Shown piece after piece: positions 27,215 through 36,874 of a DNA stretch of 64,000 nt. A model generated the notes under the pieces. The model was not told where the DNA came from, made no database searches, and saw nothing but the letters and a program-made list of their open reading frames with translations. Each line of letters opens with the position of its first letter. The first letter of the stretch is position 1. The translations under genes were made by a program, and so were the position numbers. Source of the DNA: a virus. The DNA is taken from positions 10,679 to 74,678 of the IMG/VR virus record IMGVR_UViG_3300027743_000002; one strand, 5' to 3'.

Positions 27215-27601
27215 ATGACCTCGACATCGCAGAAGTTTTTCAGCGAAGTTTGTTCATTAACAGAGCGCACGCCGACAAGCGTAGCGTCGTTGATGATTGC
27301 CGCAGGCTATGGCAGGGAGAAAGATGCAAACAACGACATCACGACCCAACCGTCATTAGATGGATTCATTGGTTCACAGTGTTTCATTATCCCGCAGACT
27401 GCAGGCATTTATATAGGCCACGATCAGTATGTCTCGAACACGGCGTTGAGTGGGCCACCAAGAATGTATAAAGGGGTTCCCGTAGCAAGTGGCGATTCCT
27501 ACAACGTGGTGAATCCTATGCGTGGGATAGTGGATGCGAATGCTATTTGGTTATTCTCGACCACGACGCAGGAAATTGGGATCGTCTTTGTGGCAACGTA
27601 A
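27215..27601 (+). CDS. hypothetical structural protein
   Basis: 128 aa, beta-rich, in tail operon. Confidence 0.55.
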   Translation: MTSTSQKFFSEVCSLTERTPTSVASLMIAAGYGREKDANNDITTQPSLDGFIGSQCFIIPQTAGIYIGHDQYVSNTALSGPPRMYKGVPVASGDSYNVVNPMRGIVDANAIWLFSTTTQEIGIVFVAT

Positions 27602-27630
27602 TTTTCAAGGGCGCACAACAGCCCCATGAT

Positions 27631-27670
27631 GGCGCGGTATGCGGTCTTTCGTTCCGTGACCGCGCCTTTT
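27631..27670 (+). terminator. intrinsic terminator-like hairpin
   Basis: ggcgcggt...accgcgcc followed by tttt. Confidence 0.55.
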
Positions 27671-27684
27671 AGTTTAATTAGCTC

Positions 27685-30051
27685 ATGTCACAGCAAATAA
27701 TTGAAGCAATAAATACACCGAGTGTCTTTCAGTTTGAAGGCGACACTGCGGAGTTGCGGCTATATCCCACGCAGTCCTTCCTTACTTCAACAGGGCAAAT
27801 GATGGGGCAAGGCTCTCCTTGGAATACCGAGAGTTGGTATCTACCTGTTACTTGTGATGTTCAACCTACGGGCATCCTCTACGTTCCTTCGTTTGAGATT
27901 CCCTCAACCACTGACGGACAACCACGAACTTCTAAGTATGTCGCGGCGTTGTTTGATGAAGGCGGGGCGTACGTCGGGCCGTTCCCGTTGATGAACCCGA
28001 ATGGGTTTGCCGTTCCCCCAACGAGTCTGATGCCTTCCCCGACTTGGGGACAGTTACAGATTTACAACCGACTCCCGACCCTACTTTATCCACCACAGAC
28101 ATTTCCTACACGAGATGAGATGTACGCGGCGATTGCAGAAGCAATTAGCGATGAGTGGGTGCGTTCATCTGCAACAGTAGTCGGAGCAACGGCTTTAAGT
28201 GTCGATCCTACGTCTCCTGTCTTTCCCATTGCGTTAGGGATTAACGATCCGAGCTGGTTGGAGCTGTTAGCGACAATTCTCGGTGGCAGGGGGTTCTATT
28301 TTCTATCAAACTATGCGAGTCTAGCAGCGGCGGTGACAGACATTGGGGTAACGCGGGCCACCCTTCTTATTGACTCAGTGGCGGCAGTTGCTTTAAATCT
28401 CACTATCCCCGCAAACATTACATTGTTCTTTACTAACGCGGGAGGAATACAACCTGCTAACAGCGTTACTGTAACGGTTCTTGGGTCAGTTACCGCGCCA
28501 CCCTTCAAGATTTTCTATAATGCTCTCAGCGGGCAAGGCACAATCGCCTTTACCGCCAACAAGGTTTTGACTGATTTCTACCCTGAGTGGTGGGGAGCAG
28601 GGATTGGACTCGTGGCGGCGACCAACGCAACAGCGATGAACGCCTGCCTAACCGCCATTGCTACTGGAATTAGTGGCACGATGCACCTTGCTACAGGCAC
28701 TTACTCCTTTGACGCTACTCTGGTAGTTGGGTCAACCACGGGTGGAGGCGATGGTTTAGGCAGCTTTACCACCATAAATATAGCGGGTACGAGTGGGCTT
28801 GTTGGTACTAGCTTGTCGTGGGCAGGCGCAACCAATCTTCCGGTTATTAAGATAACGCGAGGACGTTTCAATCACTTCACTGATTTCCGTTTGACCAATG
28901 CTGGAGTAAGAGGTACGACAGTTGGTGTTCTGGAAACTGGCCCCGCTGTTTCGATGCAGACTCACGGCACTCATTATGAGCGAGTATCTATCAATGGATT
29001 TGGGAAGGGTATCGAATCGGGTGACGCGAGTTTCCCTGGGGGAACAGCCAGTGAGATGATGCTCGCGGAACGGGTTGAATTTGTTGATTGTACCTATGGT
29101 TGGTATGCAAGTTCAAACTTCAATTCGCTTGGTTTTACTTTCATTAGTTGTGTTTTCCAAGGTTCTGATTACGGTATTTATACAACTACGGGCTACCAAG
29201 TCACGCTAACCAGTTGTGGGGGTGGACAAAACGACGTTGATATTCATGTTAGCGGCAATGGCAATGTCCTTAACGTGAATGGGTGGGATTCAGAGCAAAG
29301 TGTAGTGTTTCTAGAACTCGCTAACGACGCTACGGCTAGGATTAGTTCTGTAACATTGCGGAGCTACACGCAGACAACCGCTAACAGCACCGGCATTATC
29401 TACCCAGGGACAAGTTTTCTATCTATTGATGGACTGTATCAAGGGCCGAACGGTACGAGTTCGGGATCGACCGGCCCACACTTAATCATTCTGCAAAACG
29501 CGCCTCCTAAATTAGTTCTAAAAGATATTTACACGACAGATGCTTATCCGTTCTTTCTAAACCCTGGAGACAGCGGTGGGGATGGAACCTATTACAGCGT
29601 AGAAAATTGTCGGGTAATAGATAACACCAGCGCAGCGGTACTAAACACCATTAACTATGAACGTGGGCGCGTAGTTTGGCCTGGTAAGTTATCAAATGAA
29701 ATATTGTTGCAATCCACAAAAACGGTGGACATGAATACCGCAACGGCGACGACGCTATTCACTAATTCCACGGGCCGAACTTGCGTAATCACCAAAGTAA
29801 TTGTTCGCAATGCTTCCACGTCACTGACGACTGCGAGTTATTCCTTTGGTTGGAACTCGGCGGCGTTTGACGATGTGATTGCTAACGCTACTCACACCGA
29901 ATTAACAGGTAGTACGCTACAAACAATCTTGCTTCCCAAAGCTGGACAGAAGCTAGGGGCATCGGCGGGAACTTTCAAGGTGCTAATGAATACACTTCAG
30001 GGCGGAGCAGCAACCGCCACAATGGATGTCTATGGATACTTCGCTTCATAG
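27685..30051 (+). CDS. tailspike with right-handed beta-helix and C-terminal tip domain
   Basis: PEWWGAG..NATAMNA..LATGTY beta-helix entry motif; Gly/Asn/Thr-rich rungs; no signal peptide. Confidence 0.75.
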   Translation: MSQQIIEAINTPSVFQFEGDTAELRLYPTQSFLTSTGQMMGQGSPWNTESWYLPVTCDVQPTGILYVPSFEIPSTTDGQPRTSKYVAALFDEGGAYVGPFPLMNPNGFAVPPTSLMPSPTWGQLQIYNRLPTLLYPPQTFPTRDEMYAAIAEAISDEWVRSSATVVGATALSVDPTSPVFPIALGINDPSWLELLATILGGRGFYFLSNYASLAAAVTDIGVTRATLLIDSVAAVALNLTIPANITLFFTNAGGIQPANSVTVTVLGSVTAPPFKIFYNALSGQGTIAFTANKVLTDFYPEWWGAGIGLVAATNATAMNACLTAIATGISGTMHLATGTYSFDATLVVGSTTGGGDGLGSFTTINIAGTSGLVGTSLSWAGATNLPVIKITRGRFNHFTDFRLTNAGVRGTTVGVLETGPAVSMQTHGTHYERVSINGFGKGIESGDASFPGGTASEMMLAERVEFVDCTYGWYASSNFNSLGFTFISCVFQGSDYGIYTTTGYQVTLTSCGGGQNDVDIHVSGNGNVLNVNGWDSEQSVVFLELANDATARISSVTLRSYTQTTANSTGIIYPGTSFLSIDGLYQGPNGTSSGSTGPHLIILQNAPPKLVLKDIYTTDAYPFFLNPGDSGGDGTYYSVENCRVIDNTSAAVLNTINYERGRVVWPGKLSNEILLQSTKTVDMNTATATTLFTNSTGRTCVITKVIVRNASTSLTTASYSFGWNSAAFDDVIANATHTELTGSTLQTILLPKAGQKLGASAGTFKVLMNTLQGGAATATMDVYGYFAS

Positions 30052-30074
30052 GAATGACTCGGAGAATAACTGAA

Positions 30075-31175
30075 ATGAAAAAGTTCTTAGTGTTACTATT
30101 TGCGATCCTTACGAGCGTTTCCGCAAGTGCCCAAACGTCTGGTATCAACGCTAAACGTATTTTCTCCGGTACAGCAGTGCCAACGATGAACTGCTCACCT
30201 GGGCCGTCCTATCGAGATGTGTATATTCGTACCACCACAAATGTTGTGTATCAATGTACGGCCGCACCTGCTACGTGGACTGCGGTAACAACAGGTGGCT
30301 CTCCAGGTACAGTCACGAGTGTTACAGGTACGGCGAATCAGATTGACGTGGCTACCGGAACGACCACGCCTGTCTTGTCGCTGCCTTCTGCGGTAACGAT
30401 GCCTGGCACGCTGACGATGACAGGTCAGATTTTTAGCGGAGACGGAACTAATACTGCCCCTACTTTTGCCAATTCAGTACGAACAAATTCAGGTCTTAGA
30501 ATTTCCACTTACTATCCGGTGCTCACCGTCAATGGCACGGACATAATGGGTATTTCCAACTCAGCCGGAGCAATTCTAAAAAGCGACCAACCGTTTGGGT
30601 GGTCAGACGTTGGTGGCGCATTAGCAGGGGGCGCAGCGGACACTAGAATAAGTAGAAACGCCGCAGGCATCGTGCAAGTTGGCACGACTGCCAACAACGC
30701 TTCTGGTTCTCTACTAGCTACTAACGCAACCTTTAGTGGGACGCTTACTAACTCAGGAATTGCGTCTGACGCGGCAACTACTAACAACACAGTCTGCACG
30801 ACCACAACCACGAATGTCTTTACGAAGGGCAGTGGAACTGCGGGTATTTGCCTCGGCACGTCAGGAGCTAAATTCAAGCAGAACATGTTGCCACTGAACA
30901 TGGGACTGAATCAGGTCATGGACTTACGCCCGATTAGCTACAACTACAAGTCGGGGTACGGTTACGATCCGAATAAGACCTACTATGGCTTCACTGCTGA
31001 ATCAGTTGCTCCCGTGATTCCCAACCTTGCCCCTAAAGACGTGAATGGCGCACCGCAGAGCGTTGACCTTGTGGGCATGATTCCCGTTTTGGTTCACGCA
31101 ATTCAAGAACAACAAGCACAGATTACAGTCTTAAAACAGCAAGTAGAAACCTTAAAGCACAAACGTAAGCATTGA
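30075..31175 (+). CDS. signal-peptide fibre protein with C-terminal S74-type intramolecular chaperone
   Basis: RBS ggag at 30061; MKKFLVLLFAILTSVSASA-Q; TSGAKFKQN..LRPISYNYK..GFTAE..IPVLVHAIQEQQAQI coiled coil. Confidence 0.8.
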   Translation: MKKFLVLLFAILTSVSASAQTSGINAKRIFSGTAVPTMNCSPGPSYRDVYIRTTTNVVYQCTAAPATWTAVTTGGSPGTVTSVTGTANQIDVATGTTTPVLSLPSAVTMPGTLTMTGQIFSGDGTNTAPTFANSVRTNSGLRISTYYPVLTVNGTDIMGISNSAGAILKSDQPFGWSDVGGALAGGAADTRISRNAAGIVQVGTTANNASGSLLATNATFSGTLTNSGIASDAATTNNTVCTTTTTNVFTKGSGTAGICLGTSGAKFKQNMLPLNMGLNQVMDLRPISYNYKSGYGYDPNKTYYGFTAESVAPVIPNLAPKDVNGAPQSVDLVGMIPVLVHAIQEQQAQITVLKQQVETLKHKRKH

Positions 31176-31200
31176 CACCCTATAGGCGTAGGCGTAGCAT
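31172..31200 (+). promoter_or_regulatory. sigma70 promoter inside the tail region
   Basis: TTGACA, 17 bp, TAGCAT. Confidence 0.7.
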
Positions 31201-31211
31201 GGTTGGCGAAA

Positions 31212-31382
31212 ATGTCCTATTCAAGTAAAACCATCTCGCTTCACGACGACACTTGGGCGGCTCTAGAGCGTCTTAAAAAAGAGTTCGGTTCGTATAACAA
31301 GGTTTTGAAGGTAGTGTTAGTGCTCTTTGAGACAGGTTCAAAGGTTAGCAAGCGAGACAAAAAGAAAGAGGAATTAAAATGA
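31212..31382 (+). CDS. ribbon-helix-helix-like regulator (56 aa, not in ORF track)
   Basis: MSYSSKTISLHDDTWAALERLKKEFGSYNKVLK...; ATGA overlap with next gene; similar to the N-terminus of 61284. Confidence 0.7.
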   Translation: MSYSSKTISLHDDTWAALERLKKEFGSYNKVLKVVLVLFETGSKVSKRDKKKEELK

Positions 31383-31978
31383 AGGCTCTTTTGCTCGTAC
31401 TCGCACTTGCTACTCCAATCTTTGCGCAAGAATCCAACGTCCACGTATCCGGCGTTATCGGAACGAACGCCAATCTTGGCTTTGCTAATCCGATGTATGG
31501 AGTCTCAGGTGGCGGAGACTTCCGCGTTAGTAATAAAGTAGTTCTCTCTGCTGATGGTTCTGTCCTACGGTTAAAGAAGAACGTAGGAGGCTCAGGCTAC
31601 CAAGTTACCGCTAAGGAGACAGTAAGAGTCTACCTGACGAGAAAAGCCTTTGTGCAAGCCGCTACGCGTCAATGGAAGTATGACGTGCGAGACTTTGGCA
31701 AGTCAGGGATTGAGATAGGTGGCGGTGGTGGGTTCATGTGGGAAGGTGAGGATCAGGCGGGAGTCTTTGCAGTAAACTATCTTCACAATGTTTATGAGGT
31801 ACAGCGACCGAGCGGGGTAGATTCCAAGCAGCAGATTGTGGATGGAGAGTTGAGGTTCTATTTTAAGAAGCACATCTTTCTCTCTCCGCGAGTGGCGGTC
31901 TCAAGGTTCAAGTCGGGGGGCACGAGCATGACGGGAGCAAGTTTTACGTTGCAGATTGGACTGTGGAAGAAGCTGTGA
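31379..31978 (+). CDS. outer-membrane beta-barrel protein with signal peptide
   Basis: MKALLLVLALATPIFA-Q; alternating Gly/aromatic amphipathic strands; terminal strand FTLQIGLW. Confidence 0.7.
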   Translation: MKALLLVLALATPIFAQESNVHVSGVIGTNANLGFANPMYGVSGGGDFRVSNKVVLSADGSVLRLKKNVGGSGYQVTAKETVRVYLTRKAFVQAATRQWKYDVRDFGKSGIEIGGGGGFMWEGEDQAGVFAVNYLHNVYEVQRPSGVDSKQQIVDGELRFYFKKHIFLSPRVAVSRFKSGGTSMTGASFTLQIGLWKKL

Positions 31979-32376
31979 GAACACTTTTAATCTTCATCAG
32001 CATCATCCTCTTGTTAGGGGTTGGAGTTTATGCCCAACAACAAGGAACGCTCGTTTGGGACTCAAAAGGGGCGAACACCACGATTGCTGCCCCTGCAACG
32101 GGAACCTTTACGTTTCAGCTACCTGCTAAGTCAGGGACGTTTGCGTTAGTATCAGATATTCCCGCCCCGCAGCCTCCGACTACACCTGCTCAGACGCAAT
32201 ACTTCGGCACCGTAACGCTGGTGAATGGCTCAGGGTCGGTAACTTTCGCCACGGCGATAAGTGGTTGTCGGGTTTCAGACCGTAGTGGAAACTCGGTGAA
32301 GTACGGGCCTACCGCTAATGCAACCATTTGGCAATTCTCTGGTGTAGGGCCAACTATTGATTACGAATGTCGGTGA
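31975..32376 (+). CDS. signal-peptide protein with fibre-like motif
   Basis: GTG start overlapping the previous stop; MRTLLIFISIILLLGVGVYA-Q; TFQLPAKSGTFALVSDIP. Confidence 0.7.
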   Translation: MRTLLIFISIILLLGVGVYAQQQGTLVWDSKGANTTIAAPATGTFTFQLPAKSGTFALVSDIPAPQPPTTPAQTQYFGTVTLVNGSGSVTFATAISGCRVSDRSGNSVKYGPTANATIWQFSGVGPTIDYECR

Positions 32377-33482
32377 TGCAAATGAAGAAGCTAATTCTAG
32401 TTCTCGTACTTCTGTGTGCTTGCGTAGGGAGTGCTTATTCTCAGGCCAGAACTGCTAGTAATTATCAAACCGCCCCGTTTTCGCAACTAACATCTGACCT
32501 TCCTTCCGCCACCGTTCGTGTCTGTATTAACTGCCAAGCAAATGCGGCTACGGGTGTGTGTGAAAGTGGCGTGTACCAGATGGTTGCCACAAGACTAGAT
32601 AACGCGTGGAAGTGTACGAAGTACGATCCGAACGAGAACGGCGGTGGTATTTGGGGTTCAATTACGGGAACGCTCTCTAATCAAACCGACCTGCAAACCG
32701 CCTTAGACCTGAAGACGCCTACATCGCGCACTGTTTCCACGTCTAGTCCACTTGGGGGCGGTGGGGCTTTATCGGGCAATCTTACGCTAACTTGTGCTAC
32801 GTGCGTCACCAGTGCTGCTAGCTTGACCTCTACGGCGTTAGTAACGGGAGCAGGAAGTCAGGGGTCACAGACTCCTGCGGCGACCACCACGCTCGATTCT
32901 AGTGGGAATATTTCAACGGCAGGTACGTTAGCGACGGGCGTTGGCGGGGCAGTGGCAGGAAATATCGGATTAGGCGAAGGTACGTCCACCTCAGTAGCGG
33001 CTGACACTGTGCAGTTACAGGGTGCGGCAGCAATTACGGGCTACAACGTAGTGCTCCCTGCCGCTGCGGGTGACGGACTAACTTTCAATACTAATTCATC
33101 CAATGTTGTCACACAGACCTTTGTAACCGCAGAAACAGTCTTAGCATCGGCGGCTAGTGTTGACCTGAATACCGCAACCGCTCAAACCTTATATACGTGC
33201 CCAACGGGTAAGACGTGTGTGATTACTCGTGTTGTTGTTCGGGGTGCTTCTGCTTCCCTGTCCACGGTTAGTTTTTCGATTGGGTGGAATAGTGCGTCGT
33301 TCAATAACGTGGTGGCGGACGCTACTCATACGGAACTAACGGGTAACACCCTTTACACGATTCTTCCGGCCAAAGCGGGAGCAACTTTGGGCACTTCGAC
33401 GGGCATCCTCAAGCTCTTGAATAACGTCCAGCAAGGCGGGGCGGCGACCTGTACCGTGGACGTAATTGGTTGGTGGTTCTAA
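32376..33482 (+). CDS. signal-peptide fibre protein sharing its tip domain with the tailspike
   Basis: MKKLILVLVLLCACVGSAYS-Q; WGSITGTLSNQTDLQTALDLK and LGGGGALSGN fibre motifs; C-terminal 113 aa paralogous to 27685. Confidence 0.8.
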   Translation: MQMKKLILVLVLLCACVGSAYSQARTASNYQTAPFSQLTSDLPSATVRVCINCQANAATGVCESGVYQMVATRLDNAWKCTKYDPNENGGGIWGSITGTLSNQTDLQTALDLKTPTSRTVSTSSPLGGGGALSGNLTLTCATCVTSAASLTSTALVTGAGSQGSQTPAATTTLDSSGNISTAGTLATGVGGAVAGNIGLGEGTSTSVAADTVQLQGAAAITGYNVVLPAAAGDGLTFNTNSSNVVTQTFVTAETVLASAASVDLNTATAQTLYTCPTGKTCVITRVVVRGASASLSTVSFSIGWNSASFNNVVADATHTELTGNTLYTILPAKAGATLGTSTGILKLLNNVQQGGAATCTVDVIGWWF

Positions 33483-33489
33483 TTCCCCT

Positions 33490-35664
33490 ATGACAACTCG
33501 CATCGCGCTACTGACACTCTCGTTGCTCATTGTGGTGGGAGCTATCGGCAATGGTCGGTATCTCTACGCGAAGGCTTATTATGCCGTGTTTGTACCTCAA
33601 ACTTATTATGTACGGCCCGCAGGGGGAACTTCAGTACAGTGCACTGGAAAAACTGACGTGGACTATGACGGTTCAGGAACCGGAGAAGCGTGCGCTTACG
33701 CTGCTCTCAGTACCGCAGTCTCAGCCATGACCTTTGGCGACATCACCAAGATGCAAAAGGGAGTGACGCATCAAGGTACGGTGGGACACTTTGGGGAACT
33801 CAGTCTCTCGGATAAAGGCACTCCACCCACGGGGACAGATGCGGATTACATGACCATCACTACCAATGATGAGTCAGGAACACCCGCAGCCCTATCTACC
33901 TATCCAGCAGCCAGAACCAGAATCACTACCGCAATGGCAGCAGACATGCCCAAGGTTATCTGTAACGGCAGCACTCCTTTATTTCGGGTCGCCAACGGTA
34001 GTGAATACTGGAAGGTTGAACGGCTTAATATCACTAATGATGCAGCTAACGGCTGGCAAACGATTGTTTTTGTCAACAATGATGACCCTGGGCCAGCGAC
34101 TTTAGCTGCGGTTCCCGATCATATTATCTTTCAATACAACTGGATTCATCCGGCAGAAGAAACAGGAACGGATTTAGATATATCAAACGATGATCGTAGT
34201 GCTGAGAACGCTCTCTATCTGATAGCAGAAGACCTGACTATTCAGTACAACGCAATTCAGGGATTTGTCGGTAAGGTTCGGTATGGTGGAGATGCTGGAA
34301 CGCGCATGACCTCGGCAGGCTTATTGATTACTGCCTACGCCGCGAATGTGTTGATGCAGTATAACCTCGTGGAAGCGTGGACGTATGCCTTCTTTGCGGG
34401 TGGCTCCAGTATGCCTAGTTGGGCAGTCACAGAGAGCAGTACTATCTCATCTTGCGCTTCCCAAACAGTCTGCACCTTTAACAGTGTAACTGGTCTTAAT
34501 GTGGGCGATCCCGTAGCTGTGCGAGTGAATAGTGTAAGCACTTGGGGTGCAGCTTATGTGAAGACTATCGTGGGTAACATAGTTACTTTTGAGGGTGATG
34601 GACTTTGCCACTCTTATGACGGCAATAATACCTGCGTGCAGATAACAACGAATCCAATTCCGGCCAGTGGAGACTTAATTTGGTGGAACGGAACACAGCC
34701 ACACGACATACTTGTTCGGCGCAACGTCTTTGCTCATTACCCTTCGTGGACAACGATAATGACTGACTGTGGAGGTAAGGGGTACATGGAAGTCAAAGCC
34801 TGCGTGGACTGTGTGTTTGATGGCAACATCTTCACGGGCTGCACGGGGCCAACCGTGACCGTCAGAAACCAAGGAGGAGATTTTGTTTGGGCGAGTCTGG
34901 ATGGCCTGACCTTCAGCAATAACATCTGGGAAGACACAAACCGAGTTTTTACTACCTTTCTCCGAGATACTTCTCCGACTCCTAAATCTCAAGACGTGAC
35001 CTTTACGAACAACTTGTACTTGGGAGTTGTCGGCAATACTGACTTCTTTCCAGGGGGTGAGTTGTCAGGGAACACGGGTGGAGGTATCAACACTATCTTC
35101 ACTCATAACACGGTCGCTTGGAATAAAGACCATCAACCAGGGATGGGTTTGAGTGCGTGGCACGACTACATTAACTTCAAGCAGGGAACGGTGAATGGGT
35201 ATGTTTACTCAAACACGATGGATGGGTTGATTATTCGAGACAACATCATTCCTATCGGGCAGAATTCTTGCTTCATAGATGGGGGTGGTATCGGGACTAC
35301 AATTACTCAGTGTTGGCCGGACGCGACGGTCACGAATAATGTCTTTCTGAATGTCGATGGGTGGTCAACGGAGAATGTCAATTCGTTTTGGGCAACCTTC
35401 TACCCCTCAAATACCTACATTACTTCGTATAGCACGGTGAGCTTTATCAATCCTTCTTCGACTTTGGATTCTACAGGAAACTACAAGCTGTCGAATTCGA
35501 GTCCTTACAAGAACGCGGCAAGTGACGGAACGGATATCGGAGTGAACTGTGGGCCACTAGCTAGTGCTTTGGGCTTCACTCCCACTCAATGTACGGGGAC
35601 TGACAGCCGTACTGCTATCGTCAGTGGGAAGGTCACGGTCGGGGGAAAAGTAATTCTTCATTGA
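33490..35664 (+). CDS. exported or membrane-anchored beta-helix protein (polysaccharide lyase/adhesin-like)
   Basis: N-terminal hydrophobic RIALLTLSLLIVVGAIG; TYYVRPAGG; repeated ..F.NN.F rungs; NYKLSNSSPYKNAASDGTDIG. Confidence 0.7.
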   Translation: MTTRIALLTLSLLIVVGAIGNGRYLYAKAYYAVFVPQTYYVRPAGGTSVQCTGKTDVDYDGSGTGEACAYAALSTAVSAMTFGDITKMQKGVTHQGTVGHFGELSLSDKGTPPTGTDADYMTITTNDESGTPAALSTYPAARTRITTAMAADMPKVICNGSTPLFRVANGSEYWKVERLNITNDAANGWQTIVFVNNDDPGPATLAAVPDHIIFQYNWIHPAEETGTDLDISNDDRSAENALYLIAEDLTIQYNAIQGFVGKVRYGGDAGTRMTSAGLLITAYAANVLMQYNLVEAWTYAFFAGGSSMPSWAVTESSTISSCASQTVCTFNSVTGLNVGDPVAVRVNSVSTWGAAYVKTIVGNIVTFEGDGLCHSYDGNNTCVQITTNPIPASGDLIWWNGTQPHDILVRRNVFAHYPSWTTIMTDCGGKGYMEVKACVDCVFDGNIFTGCTGPTVTVRNQGGDFVWASLDGLTFSNNIWEDTNRVFTTFLRDTSPTPKSQDVTFTNNLYLGVVGNTDFFPGGELSGNTGGGINTIFTHNTVAWNKDHQPGMGLSAWHDYINFKQGTVNGYVYSNTMDGLIIRDNIIPIGQNSCFIDGGGIGTTITQCWPDATVTNNVFLNVDGWSTENVNSFWATFYPSNTYITSYSTVSFINPSSTLDSTGNYKLSNSSPYKNAASDGTDIGVNCGPLASALGFTPTQCTGTDSRTAIVSGKVTVGGKVILH

Positions 35665-35679
35665 GTGTTATAATTCATT

Positions 35680-35757
35680 TAGGGCTGTGTGATTCGGGGG
35701 AGACCTTGTAGTGCTAGAGGTAACACTACGGGGCTTGGAGAGCGCGGCCCTACTTTT
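35680..35757 (+). ncRNA. candidate small hairpin RNA (or large terminator) at the convergent junction
   Basis: TGTTATAAT at 35666-35674; tagggctgtg/cgcggcccta closing stem, ccttgtagtg/cactacgggg inner stem, U tract. Confidence 0.45.
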
Positions 35758-36109
35758 ACGTTTCTTTGATGGTTATATCGTGTAAGGCTCGCATGAGTTT
35801 CGCTTTCAGTTTGTACGCGGGAGTTTTCACGCCTTTGCAGTCCTCAACCACAACCACGTCGTTCTCCCAATACATGAAGTCGGCAAAATAGTTGCAGATG
35901 TGGTAGCCGTTAATGTCGAGTGAAAACTTGACTTGGGTTTGCAGACCCTTGATTGCTTTGCCGCGCTCAAGGAGTTTGAGTTCTGAGTAACGCCGCGCTT
36001 CCTTGCGAGAAGCAAAGATAATTCCATCAACTTCCGTCTTGATTGCGCTGTATTTGTTGAAGGACGAGGGGCGGGACGAGAAGCCCGCGCTTTTCGATGA
36101 TGTTTTCAA
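35756..36109 (-). CDS. DUF1064-like PD-(D/E)xK nuclease
   Basis: NKYSAIKTEVDGIIFASRKEARRY..YFADFMY..VVEDCKG. Confidence 0.8.
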   Translation of the reverse strand: MKTSSKSAGFSSRPSSFNKYSAIKTEVDGIIFASRKEARRYSELKLLERGKAIKGLQTQVKFSLDINGYHICNYFADFMYWENDVVVVEDCKGVKTPAYKLKAKLMRALHDITIKET

Positions 36110-36479
36110 CCGTTTGCTCCATTTCTTCGTGGCTCATTTTTTCATCTAAAATTCCGTGACAATGAAGACAACCAAGACAGACGCGCCAAATGTCTAAGTC
36201 TTGCATCTTGCGACGTTTCTTGGAGTGACAGAACGAGAGTCCATCATTGAACCAACAGCCGCGCATCTTGAGTTCGCAGGTCGTGATTCCCGCCCACTCG
36301 AAACGCTTCTTTAACTCCTTACGAACCTTAATCCACGCACTGCCCTTCTTACCTATCGCCCGCAAGGTCGATTTCGGGCGTTCAGCGGCGGCTACAGACG
36401 TTTTCAGCACAGATCGTGAGCGCAAGGGCGTGTTTCGGCTCAAAGGCGTTTGAGAGCGTTTAATGGGGCTGCGTTTCAA
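36027..36479 (-). CDS. NinG/Ref-like Cys-His nuclease
   Basis: Basic N-terminus; CE....C...H.K.R...C..CH. Confidence 0.55.
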   Translation of the reverse strand: MKRSPIKRSQTPLSRNTPLRSRSVLKTSVAAAERPKSTLRAIGKKGSAWIKVRKELKKRFEWAGITTCELKMRGCWFNDGLSFCHSKKRRKMQDLDIWRVCLGCLHCHGILDEKMSHEEMEQTVENIIEKRGLLVPPLVLQQIQRNQDGS

Positions 36480-36661
36480 ATCTAAACTCTCCTTCCATTA
36501 GGTAAGCTAACTCTGTGTCTCCCGTATCAACTCAATAGCGGCTACTGCCCCTGCATACGACCATGAGTAGCAAAGAAATTCGTGGTGGAAGTACACCGCC
36601 CACGATAATACTGAAGTTCCATCGTGGTAAGGGTAGTTCTGAGGTCTGATGGTGAAGTAGT

Positions 36662-36874
36662 TCATGCGGTTTTAGGGATGTAGTATTCAGCGTAGCGTTC
36701 GCCGCGCTTCTCAATCATTTCGGTTTTGATCGTCCAACCCGCTTTCCGCAATTCAAAAACTGCGCCCCCAACATTCCAAAGCCGAAATCTACGGAGAGCA
36801 CACTGTTTACTCAAGCGGTCGCCCGCAAGTAGCGCGGCGAGAAACTTTTGTCTCTTAGCTTTCTTATCACTCAT
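36662..36874 (-). CDS. small winged-helix protein
   Basis: AVFELRKAGWTIKTEMI..YAEY. Confidence 0.6.
   Translation of the reverse strand: MSDKKAKRQKFLAALLAGDRLSKQCALRRFRLWNVGGAVFELRKAGWTIKTEMIEKRGERYAEYYIPKTA

Noticed and set aside
29700-33482. Duplicated tip domain as a diversity-generating retroelement TR/VR pair
   Set aside because: No reverse transcriptase in the window, both copies are coding, and differences are not confined to adenines.
1704-34992. Many antisense and alternate-frame ORFs in the track overlapping long genes
   Set aside because: Shadow frames of real genes with no motifs or RBS; the HNH at 14781 is the exception.
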